A stretch of DNA of 64,000 bases from Azolla caroliniana (lineage: Eukaryota > Plantae > Polypodiophyta). Of the stretch, positions 52,801 through 63,950 are shown piece after piece. How positions within the stretch are numbered: position 1 is the stretch's first letter; each line of letters starts with the position of its first letter. Both the position numbers and the translations under genes were made by a program. The notes under the pieces were generated by a model that saw nothing but the letters and a program-made list of their open reading frames with translations, was not told where the DNA came from and did no database searches. Location: positions 248,001 to 312,000 of the forward strand of contig JBHGNT010000026.1 of the NCBI GenBank assembly GCA_043228905.1, given 5' to 3'.

Positions 52801-55800
52801 TTCATACCTGGCTCGTGTGATATCGGATTTTTGTGTTCAAACATGCGAATCGAAGCTAACGACGCTAGCTATGATATGGAATTGAAAAATCAAGATTTTG
52901 AAACTCAGGTCGAGACACATGACGAAATTACCAAATTTGAGGAGTGAGGTTGGAAGAGCGCGTGAGTGAATTAAAATGTTCATACCTGGCTCGTGTGATA
53001 TCGGATTTTTGTGTTCAAACATGCAAATCGAAGCTAACGACGCTAGCTATGATATGGAATTAAAAATTCAAGATTTTGAAAATCAGGTCGAGAGGCATGA
53101 CGAAATTAGCAAATTTGAGGTGTGAGTTGAGAGGAGCCCTTGACTAAATTAAAATGTTCATACCTAGCGAGCGTGATATCGGATTTTTGTGTTCAAACAT
53201 GCGAAACGAAGCTAACAAAGCTAGCTATGATATGGAATTAAAAAATCAAGATTTTGCAACTCAGGTCGAGAGACATGACGAAATTAGCAACCTTGACGAG
53301 GAAGTTGAGAGGAGCCCTTGAGTAAATAAAAATGTTCATACCTAGCTCGTGTGATATCGGATTTTTGTGTTCAAACATGCGAATCGAAGCTAACAACGCT
53401 AGCTATGATATGGAATTAAAAAATCAAGATTTTGAAACTCAGGTCGAGAGACATGACGAAATTAGCAAATTTGAGGAGGGAGTTGAGAGGGGCCCTTAAG
53501 TAAATTAAAATGTTCATACCTAGCTCGTGTGATATCGGATTTTTGTGTTCAAACATGCGAATCAAACCTAACAACGCTAGCTATGATATAGAATTAAAAA
53601 AGCAAGATTTTGAAACTCAGGTCGAGAGTCATGACGAAATTAGCAAATCTGAGGAGTGAGTTGAGAGGAGCCCTTGAGTAAATTAAAATGGTCATACCTA
53701 GCTCGTGTGATATCGGATTTTTGTGTTCAAACATGCGAATCAAACCTAACAACGCTAGCTATGATATAGAATTAAAAAAGCAAGATTTTGAAACTCAGGT
53801 CGAGAGTCATGACGAAATTAGCAAATCTGAGGAGTGAGTTGAGAGGAGCCCTTGAGTAAATTAAAATGGTCATACCTAGCGAGTGTGATATCGGATTTTT
53901 GTGTACAAACATGCGAATCGAAGCTAACAACGCTAGCTATGATATGGAATTAAAAAATCAAGATTTTGAAACTCAGGTCGAGAGACATGAAGAAATTACC
54001 AAATTTGAGGAGTGAGTTGAGAGGAGCCCTTGAGTGAATTAAAATGTTCATACCTAGCTTGTGTGATATCGGATTTTTGTGTTGAAACCTGCGAATTGAA
54101 GCTAACAGGTCGAGAGACATGACGAAATTAGCAACCTTGACAAGGGAGTTGAGAGGAGCCCTTGAGTAAATAAAAATGTTCATAAATAGCTCGTGTGAGA
54201 TCGGATTTTTGTGTTCAAACATGCGAATCGAAGCTAACAACGCTAGCTATGATATGGAATTAAAAAATCAAGATTTTGAAACTCAGGTCGAGAGACATGA
54301 CGAAATTAGCAAATTTGAGGAGGGAGTTGAGAGGAGCCCTTGAGTAAATTAAAATGCTCATACCTAACGAGTGTGATATCGGATTTTTATGTTCAAACAT
54401 GCGAATCGAAGCTAACAACGCTAGCTATGATATGGAATTAAAAAATCAAGATTTTGCAACTCAGGTCGAGAGACATGAAGAAATTAGCAAATTTGAGGAG
54501 TGAGTTGAGAGGAGCCCTTGAGTAAATTAAAATGTTCATACCTAGCGAGTGTGATATCGGATTTTCGTGTACAAACATGCGAATCGAAGCTAACAACGCT
54601 AGCTATGATATGGAATTAAAAAATCAAGATTTTGAAACTCAGGTCGAGAGACATGACGAAATTGCCAAATTTGAGGAGGGAGTTGAGAAGAGCTAGTAGG
54701 TAAATTACAATATTCATACCTGGTTCGTGTGATATCGGATTTTTGTGTTCAAACATGCGAATCGAAGCTAACAACGGTAGCTATGATATGGAGTTAAAAA
54801 ATCAAGATTTTGAAACTTAGGTCGAGAGACATGACGAAATTTCCAAATTTGAGGAGGGAGTTGAGAAGAGCTAGTAGGTAAATTACAATTTCCAAATTTG
54901 GTTCTTGTGATATCGGATTTTTGTGTTCAAACATGCGAATCGAAGCTAACAACACTAGCTATGATATGGAATTACAAAATCAAGATTTTGAAACTCCAGT
55001 CGAGAGACATGATGAAATTAGCAAATTTGAGGAGTGAGGTTGGAAGAGCGCGTGAGTGAATTAAAATGTTCATACCTGGCTCGTGTGATATCGGATTTTT
55101 GTGTTCAAACATGCGAATCGAAGCTAACGACGCTAGCTATGATATGGAATTGAAAAATCAAGATTTTGAAACTCAGGTCGAGACACATGACGAAATTACC
55201 AAATTTGAGGAGTGAGGTTGGAAGAGCGCGTGAGTGAATTAAAATGTTCATACCTGGCTCGTGTGATATCGGATTTTTGTGTTCAAACATGCAAATCGAA
55301 GCTAACGACGCTAGCTATGATATGGAATTAAAAATTCAAGATTTTGAAAATCAGGTCGAGAGGCATGACGAAATTAGCAAATTTGAGGTGTGAGTTGAGA
55401 GGAGCCCTTGACTAAATTAAAATGTTCATACCTAGCGAGCGTGATATCGGATTTTTGTGTTCAAACATGCGAAACGAAGCTAACAAAGCTAGCTATGATA
55501 TGGAATTAAAAAATCAAGATTTTGCAACTCAGGTCGAGAGACATGACGAAATTAGCAACCTTGACGAGGAAGTTGAGAGGAGCCCTTGAGTAAATAAAAA
55601 TGTTCATACCTAGCACGTGTGATATCGGATTTTTGTGTTCAAACATGCGAATCGAAGCTAACAACGCTAGCTATGATATGGAATTAAAAAATCAAGATTT
55701 TGAAACTCAGGTCGAGAGACATGACGAAATTAGCAAATTTGAGGAGTGAGTTGAGAGGAGCCCTTGAGTAAATTAAAATGGTCATACCTAGCGAGTGTGA

Positions 55801-58330
55801 TATCGGATTTTTGTGGACAAACATGCGAATCGAAGCTAACAATGCTAGCTATGATATGGAATTGAAAAATCAAGATTTTGAAACTCAGGTCGAGAGACAT
55901 GACGAAATTAGCAAATTTGAGGAGTGAGTTGAGAGGAGCCCTTCAGTAAATTAAAATGTTCATACCTAGCGAGTGTGATATCGGAATTTCGTGTACAAAC
56001 ATGCTAATCGAAGCTAACAACGCTAGCTATGATATGGAATTACAAAATCAAGATTTTGAAACTCAGGTCGAGAGACATGACGAAATTACCAAATTTGAGG
56101 AGGGAGTTGAGAAGAGCTAGTAGGTAAATTACAATGTTCATACCTGGTTCGTGTGATATCGGATTTTTGTGTTCAAACATGCGAATCGAAGCTAACAACG
56201 CTAGCTATGATATGGAATTACAAAATCAAGATTTTGAAACTCCAGGCGAGAGACACGACGAAATTACCAAATTTGAGGAGTGAGGTTGGAAGAGCGCGTG
56301 AGTGAATTAAAATGTTCATACCTGGCTCGTGTGATATCGGATTTTTGTGTACAAACATGCGAATCGAAGCTAACAATGCTAGCTATGATATGGAATTAAA
56401 AAATTAAGATTTTGAAACTCAGGTCGAGAGACATGACGAAATTAGCAACCTTGACGAGTGAGTTTAGAGGAGCCCTTGAGTAAATTAAAATGGTCATACC
56501 TAGCGAGTGTGATATCGGAATTTTGTGTACAAACATGCGAATCGAAGCTAACAACGCTAGCTATGATATGGAATTAAAAAATCAAGATTTTGAAACTCAG
56601 GTCGAGAGACATGACGAAATTTCCAAATTTGAGGAGGGAGTTGGGAAGAGCTAGTAGATAAATTACAATGTTCATACCTGGTTCGTGTGATATCGGATTT
56701 TTGTGTTCAAACATGCGAATCGAAGCTAACAACGCTAGCTATGATATGGAATTACAAAATCAAGTTTTTGAAACTCCAGTCGAGAGACATGATGAAATTA
56801 CCAAATTTGAGGAGTGAGGTTGGAAGAGCGCGTGAGTGAATTAAAATGTTCATACCTGGCTCGTGTCATATCGGATTTTTGTGTTCAAACATGCGAATCG
56901 AAGCTAACAACGCTAGCTATGATATGGAATTGAAAAATCAAGATTTCGAAACTCAGGTCGAGAGACATGACGAAATTACCAAATTTGAGGAGTGAGTTGA
57001 GAGGACCCCTTGAGTAAATTAAAATGTTCATACATAGCGAGTGTGATAACGGATTTTTGTGTACAAACATGCGAATCGAAGCTAACAACGCTAGCTATGA
57101 TATGGAATTAAAAAATCAAGATTTTGAAACTCAGGTCGAGAGACATGACGAAATTACCAAATTTGAGGAGGGAGTTGAGAGGGGCCCTTGAGTAAATTAA
57201 AATGTTCATACCTAGCGAGCGTGATATCGGATTTTTGTGTTCAAACATGCGAATCGAAGCTAACAACGCTAGCTATGATATGGAATTAAAAAATCAAGAT
57301 TTTGCAACTCAGGTCGAGAGACATGACGAAATTAGCAACCTTGACGAGGAAGTTGAGAGGAGCCCTTGAGTAAATAAAAATGTTCATACCTAGCTCGTGT
57401 GATATCGGATTTTTGTGTTCAAACATGCGAATCGAAGCTAACAACGCTAGCTATGATATGGAATTAAAAAATCAAGATTTTGAAACTCAGGTCGAGAGAC
57501 ATGACGAAATTAGCAAATTTGAGGAGTGAGTTGAGAGGAGCCCTTGAGTAAATTAAAATGGTCATACCTAGCGAGTGTGATATCGGATTTTTGTGGACAA
57601 ACATGCGAATCGAAGCTAACAACGCTAGCTATGATATGGAATTGAAAAATCAAGATTTTGAAACTCAGGTCGAGAGACATGACGAAATTAGCAAATATGA
57701 GGAGTGAGGTTGGAAGAGCGCGTGAGTGAATTAAAATGTTCATACCTGGCTCGTGTGATATCGGATTTTTGTGTTCAAACATGCGAATCGAAGCTGACAA
57801 CGCTAGCTATGATATGGAATTGAAAAATCAAGATTTTGAAACTCAGGTCGAGAGACATGACGAAATTAGCAAATTTGAGGAGTGAGTTGAGAGGAGCCCT
57901 TGAGTAAATTAAAATGTTCATACCTAGCGAGCGTGATATCGGATTTTTGTGTTCAAACATGCGAATCGAAGCTAGCAACGCTAGCTATGATATGGAATTA
58001 AAAAATCAAGATTTTGAAACTCAGGTCGAGAGACATGACGAAATTAGCAACCTTGACGAGGAAGTTGAGAGGAGCCCTTGAGTAAATAAAAATGTTCATA
58101 CCTACCTCGTGTGATATCGGATTTTTGTGTTCAAACATGCGAATCGAAGCTAACAACGCTAGCTATGATATGGAATTAAAAAATCAAAATTTTGAAACTC
58201 AGGTCGAGAGACATGACGAAATTAGCAAATTTGAGGAGTGAGTTGAGAGGAGCCCTTGAGTAAATTAAAATGGTCATACCTAGCGAGTGTGATATCGGAA
58301 TTTTGTGTACAAACATGCGAATCGAAGCTA
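46835..58330. repeat. Tandem duplication of a 5650-bp unit; the second copy is 5828 bp because of one extra monomer at ~53520-53880
   Basis: ORF offsets are 47187/52837 = 5650, then 48122/53950, 49277/55105, 51057/56885, 51682/57510 and 51947/57775 = 5828. Confidence 0.92.
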
Positions 58331-60334
58331 ACAACGCTAGCTATGATATGGAATTAAAAAATCAAGATTTTGAAACTCAGGTCGAGAGACATGATGAAAT
58401 TACAAAATTTGAGGAGTGAGGTTGGAAGAGCGCGTGAGTGAATTAAAATGTTCATGACTGGCTCGTGTGATATCGGATTTTTGTGTTCAAACATGCGAAT
58501 CGAAGCTAACAACGCTAGCTATGATATGCAATTAAAAAATCAAGATTTTGAAACTCAGGTCGAGAGACATGACGAAATTAGCAAATTTGAGGAGTGAGGT
58601 TGGAAGAGCGCGTGAGTGAATTAAAATGTTCATACCTGGCTCGTGTGATATCGCATTTTTGTGTTCAAACATGCGAATCGAAGCTAACAACGCTAGCTAT
58701 GATATGGAATTAAAAAATCAAGATTTTGAAACTCAGGTCGATAGACATGACGAAATTAGCAACCTTGACGAGGAAGTTGAGAGGAGCCCTTCAGTAAATA
58801 AAAATGTTCATACCTAGCTCGTGTTATATCGGATTTTTGTGTTCAAACATGCGAATCGAAGCTAAGAACGCTAGCTATGATATGGAATTAAAAAATCAAG
58901 ATTTTAAAACTAAGGTCGAGAGACATGACGAAATTAGCAAATTTGAGGAGTGAGTTGAGAGGAGCCCTTGAGTAAATTAAAATGGTCATACCTAGCGAGT
59001 GTGATATCAGATTTTTGTGTTCAAACATGGGAATCGAAGCTAACAACGCTAGCTATGATATGGAATTAAAAAATCAAGATTTTGCAACTCAGGTCGAGAG
59101 ACATGACGAAATTAGCAAATTTGAGGAGTGAGTTGAGAGGAGCCCTTGAGTAAATTAAAATGGTCATACCTAGCGAGTGTGATATCGGATTTTTGTGTAC
59201 AAACATGCGAATCGAAGCTAACAACGCTAGCTATGATATGGAATTAAAAAATCAAGATTTTGAAACTCAGGTCGAGAGACATGAAGAAATTACCAAATTT
59301 GAGGAGTGAGGTTGGAAGAGCGCGTGAGTGAATTAAAATGTTCATACCTGCCTCGTGTGATATCGGATTTTTGTGTTCAAACCTGCGAATCGAAGCTAAC
59401 AACGCTAGGTATGATATGGAATTACAAAATCAAGATTTTGAAACTCCAGGCGAGAGACATGACGAACTTACCAAATTTGAGGAGTGAGGTTGGAAGAGCG
59501 CGTGAGTGAATTAAAATGTTCATACCTGGCTCGTGTGATATCGGAGTTTTGTGTTCAAACCTGCGAATCGAAGCTAACAACGCTAGCTATGATATTGAAT
59601 TACAAAATCAAGATTTTGAAACTCCAGTCGAGAGACATGATGAAATTACCAAATTTGAGGAGTGACGTTGGAAGAGCGCGTGAGTGAATTAAAATGTTCA
59701 TACCTGGCTCGTGTGATATCGGATTTTTGTGTTCAAACATGCGAATCGAAGCTAACAACGCTAGCTATGATATGGAATTAAGAAATCTAGATTTTGAAAC
59801 TCAGGTCGAGAGACATGACGAAATTAGCAAATTTGAGGAGTGAGTTGAGAGGAGCCCTTGAGTAAATTAAAATGGTCATACCTAGCGAGTGTGATATCGG
59901 ATTTTTGTGTACAAACATGCGAATCGAAGCTAACAACGCTAGCTATGATATGGAACTGAAAAATTAAGATTTTGAAACTCAGGTCGAGAGTCATGACGAA
60001 ATTAGCAAATTTGAGGAGTGAGTTGAGAGGAGCCCTTGAGTAAATTAAAATGGTCATACCTAGCGAGTGTGATATCGGATTTTTGTGTACAAACATGCGA
60101 ATCTAAGCTAACAACGCTAGCTATGATATGGAATTAAAAAATCAAGATTTTGAAACTCAGGTCGAGAGACATGAAGAAATTACCAAATTTGAGGAGTGAG
60201 GTTGGAAGAGCGCGTGAGTGAATTAAAATGTTCATACCTGGCTTGTGTGATATCGGATTTTTGTGTTCAAACATGCGAATCGAAGCTAACAACGCTAGCT
60301 ATGATATGGAATTAAGAAATCAAGATTTTGAAAC
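58184..60334. repeat. Copy of block ~42480-44630 (offset 15704 bp)
   Basis: ORF pairs 42922/58626, 43602/59306, 43780/59484 and 44120/59824. Shared rare SNPs include CATGACTGG, GATATCGCA, GTCGATAG and AACATGGG. Confidence 0.9.
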
Positions 60335-63300
60335 TCAGGTCGAGAGACATGACGAAATTAGCAAATTTGAGGAGTGAGTTGAGAGGAGCCCTTGAGTAAA
60401 TTAAAATGGTCATACCTAGCGAGTGTGATATCGGAATTTTGTGTACAAACATGCGAATCGAAGCTAACAACGCTAGCTATGATATGGAATTAAAAAATTA
60501 AGATTTTGAAACTCAGGTCGAGAGACATGACGAAATTACCAAATTTGAGGAGCGAGTTGAGAGGAGCCCTTGAGTAAATTAAAATGGTCATACCTAGCGA
60601 GTGTGATATCGGATTTTTGTGTACAAACATGCGAATCGAAGCTAACAACGCTAGCTATGATATGGAATTAAAAAATCAAGATTTTGAAACTCAGGTCGAG
60701 AGACAAGACGAAATTACCAAATTTGAGGAGCGAGTTAAGAAGAGCTATTAGGTAAATTACAATGTTCATACCTGGCTCGTGTGATATCGGATTTTTGTGT
60801 TCAAACATGCGAATCGAAGCTAACAACGCTAGCTATGATATGGAATTCAGAAATCAAGATTTTGAAACTCAGGTCGAGAGACATGACGAAATTAGCAAAT
60901 TTGAGGAGTGAGTTGAGAGGAGCCCTTGAGTAAATTAAAATGTTCATACCTAGCGAGTGTGATATCGGATTTTTGTGTACAAACATGCGAATCGAAGCTA
61001 ACAATGCTAGCTATGATATGGAACTGAAAAATCAAGATTTTGAAACTCAGGTCGAGAGTCATGACGAAATTAGCAAATTTGAGGAGTGAGTTGAGAGGAG
61101 CCCTTGAGTAAATTAAAATGGTCATACCTAGCGAGTGTGATATCGGATTTTTGTGTTCAAACATGCGAATCGAAGCTAACAACGCTAGCTATGATATGGA
61201 ATTAAGAAATCAAGATTTTGAAACTCAGGTCGAGAGACATGAAGAAATTACCAAATTTGAGGAGTGAGGTTGGAAGAGCGCGTGAGTGAATTAAAATGTT
61301 CATACCTGGCTCGTGTGATATCGGATTTTTGTGTTCAAACCTGCGAATCGAAGCTAACAACGCTAGGTATGATATGGAATTACAAAATCAAGATTTTGAA
61401 ACTCTAGGCGAGAGACATGACGAAATTACCAAATTTGAGGAGTGAGGTTGGAAGAGCGCGTGAGTGAATTAAAATGTTCATACCTGGCTCGTGTGATATC
61501 GGATTTTTGTGTTCAAACATGCGAATCGAAGCTAACAACGCTAGCTATGATATGGAATTAAGAAATCAAGATTTTGAAACTCAGGTCGAGAGACATGACG
61601 AAATTAGCAAATTTGAGGAGTGAGTTGAGAGGAGCCCTTGAGTAAATTAAAATGGTCATACCTAGCGAGTGTGATATCGGATTTTTGTGTACAAACATGC
61701 GAATCGAAGCTAACAACGCTAGCTATGATATGGAATTGAAAAATCAAGATTTTGAAACTCAGGTCGAGAGACATGACGAAATTTCCAAATTTGAGGAGGG
61801 CGTTGAGAAGAGCTAGTAGGTAAATTACAATGTTCATACCTGGTTCGTGTGATATCGGATTTTTGTGTTCAAACATGCGAATCGAAGCTAACAACGCTAG
61901 CTATGATATGGAATTACAAAATCAAGATTTTGAAACTCAGGTCGAGAGACATGACGAAATTACCAAATTTGAGGAGCGAGTTAAGAAGAGCTATTAGGTA
62001 AATTACAATGTTCATACCTGCCTCGTGTGATATCGGTTTTTTGTGTTCAAACATGCGAATCGAAGCTAACAACGCTAGCTATGATATAGAATTGAAAAAA
62101 ACAAGATTTTGAAACTCAGGTCGAGAGACATGACGAAATTACCAAATTTGAGGAGTGAGTTGAGAGGAGCTCTTGAGTAAATTAAAATGGTCATACCTAG
62201 CGAGTGTGATATCGGATTTTTGTGTACAAACATGCGAATCGAAGCTAACAACGCTAGCTATGATATGGAATTAAAAAATCAAGATTTTGAAACTCAGGTC
62301 GAGAGACATGACGAAATTTCCAAATTTGAGGAGGGAGTTGAGAAGAGCTAGTAGGTAAATTACAATGTTCATACCTGGTTCGTGTGATATCGGATTTTTG
62401 TGTTCAAACATGCGAATCGAAGCTAACAACGCTAGCTATGATATGGAATTACAAAATCAAGATTTTGAAACTCAGGTCGAGAGACATGACGAAATTACCA
62501 AATTTGAGGAGCGAGTTAAGAAGAGCTATTAGGTAAATTACAATGTTCATACCTGGCTTGTGTGATATCGGTTTTTTGTGTTCAAACATGCGAATCGAAG
62601 CTAACAACGCTAGCTATGATATGGAATTAAAAAATCAAGATTTTGAAACTCAGGTCGAGAGACATGACGAAATTAGCAACCTTGACCAGGGAGTTGAGAG
62701 GAGCCCTTGAGTAAATAAAAATGTTCATACCTAGCTCGTGTTATATCGGATTTTTGTGTTCAAACATGCGAATCGAAGCTAACAACGCTAGCTATGATAT
62801 GGAATTAAAAAATCAAGATTTTGAAACTCAGGTCGAGAGACATGAAGAAATTACCAAATTTGAGGAGTGAGGTTGGAAGAGCGCATGAGTGAATTAAAAT
62901 GTTCATACCTGCCTCGTTTGATATCGGATTTTTGTGTTCAAACCTGCGAATCGAAGCTAACAACGCTAGGTATGATATGGAATTACAAAATCAAGATTTT
63001 GAAACTCCAGGCGAGAGAAATGACGAAATTACCAAATTTGAGGAGTGAGGTTGGAAGAGCGCGTGAGTGAATTAAAATGTTCATACCTGGCTCGTGTGAT
63101 ATCGGATTTGTTTGTCTTTTGAATTAATACCTAATGACTAGCCTTCTCTCCCTTTCTCATTATAGTTTTAGATATTTTAGTTATATTTAAGTTTTAATCC
63201 TTATAGTAATTTAAGTTATGAAGGTTTAATCTCTCTCTCATGCTCTCTAAGCCGTGCACCGATGATACACCATGCGCACTCCTTGTCGACGATCGTATGA

Positions 63301-63504
63301 TCAACACAACTTAGGATCCCGCATTTTCTATGGAGGCCCACGTATCGGGGATAGGCACCCACGGCGAGATAGCATCGTCAACCACCGAGCCCTCGTTCGT
63401 GTCGAGTGCCCCCACAAAACGTTACGTGGCAATGCAATGGCGTCATCAAGTTGTCTCTCATATCCTCTCACATAACAAGCTCTCAACACCCCACCTTACT
63501 TTTC

Positions 63505-63535
63505 GCACATCATTATGTTGCACACCATTATGTTG
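63505..63535. repeat. 15-bp tandem duplication GCACA(T/C)CATTATGTT x2
   Basis: 63505-63519 and 63520-63534, with one mismatch. Confidence 0.85.
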
Positions 63536-63538
63536 TAA

Positions 63539-63627
63539 GCATGGGACTACATTCGGTAGCCATGCATTTCCCATTTCTTATCTCTTTTTCATTGTATATG
63601 TCCGGGACTACATTCGATAGCCGACAT
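63539..63627. repeat. 19-bp direct repeat GGGACTACATTCG(G/A)TAGCC, two copies, each inside an imperfect inverted repeat
   Basis: Copies at 63543-63561 and 63604-63622. Flanks are GCAT...ATGC and ATGTC...GACAT. Confidence 0.85.
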
Positions 63628-63719
63628 TATTTTCATTTTGTATCTCAAACCCTAAAATTGCCAATCACGATGCTCGTCACCCACATCCCTACATATGCAC
63701 TCACTCCGTGTTAGATTTT

Positions 63720-63950
63720 TCATATTTTTAGCCCTACCCCTCCCGTACTTTCACCTATTTTTAGCCCTACCCTTCCCGTACTTTCACCTATTTTGAGCCC
63801 TACCATTCCCCCCTACTTTCTTCTATTTTCAACCCTACCCCTCCATACTTTTTCCTATTTCCAGTCCTACCCTTCCTACTTTCTAGTAATTTCAACCCTA
63901 CACCTTCCCCTACTTTTTCATATTTTGACTCATATCTCTCTCCTACACTT
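63720..63950. repeat. Degenerate 31-35-bp C-rich minisatellite, about 6-7 copies (TATTTTTAGCCCTACCCYTCCCGTACTTTCACC)
   Basis: (C/T)CCTAC cores at 63732, 63765, 63798, 63833, 63865 and 63896. Identity decays rightwards. Confidence 0.9.

Larger units (their letters stand above)
1..63108. repeat. 178-bp tandem satellite array (centromere/pericentromere-like, probably plant), about 358 head-to-tail monomers, open at the left window edge
   Basis: TCATACC recurs at 3, 181, 359 and onward (period 178). Approximate consensus: GGTCATACCTAGCGAGTGTGATATCGGATTTTTGTGTTCAAACATGCGAATCGAAGCTAACAACGCTAGCTATGATATGGAATTAAAAAATCAAGATTTTGAAACTCAGGTCGAGAGACATGACGAAATTAGCAAATTTGAGGAGTGAGTTGAGAGGAGCCCTTGAGTAAATTAAAAT. 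No inversion seen. The centromeric role is inferred only from the nucleosome-sized monomer and HOR organisation. Confidence 0.98.

Noticed and set aside
1220-63070. Dozens of similar 61-113-aa ORFs on both strands (MLASIRMFEHKNPISH..., MSKLKCSYLAS...)
   Set aside because: They are translations of the satellite. The period of 178 is not divisible by 3, the ORFs open and close with single SNPs such as TAA>TAC, and no domain is recognisable. They were used only as markers for duplication offsets.
1-63108. CRISPR-like pattern of conserved plus variable segments
   Set aside because: The variable segments are a few homologous alleles rather than unique spacers, the entire unit is repeated, and there are no cas genes.
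1-63108. 5S rDNA, tRNA or snRNA tandem array
   Set aside because: I recognise no 5S, tRNA or snRNA sequence and no Pol III internal boxes in the monomer.
15289-63108. Apparent clustering of breakpoints near GTGTGATATCGGATTT (HOR junctions, the 16-bp deletion, the array end)
   Set aside because: Crossovers can only be mapped to intervals between variants, so conserved tracts attract them artefactually. There are too few exact breakpoints to call a hotspot.
63647-63656. AAACCCTAAA plant telomeric / telo-box motif
   Set aside because: It is a single copy in AT-rich DNA, not a telomeric tract, and no promoter context is evident.
63272-63714. Three overlapping + strand ORFs in the non-satellite segment
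   Set aside because: They are short, overlap in different frames, and show no gag, pol, transposase or other recognisable motif.
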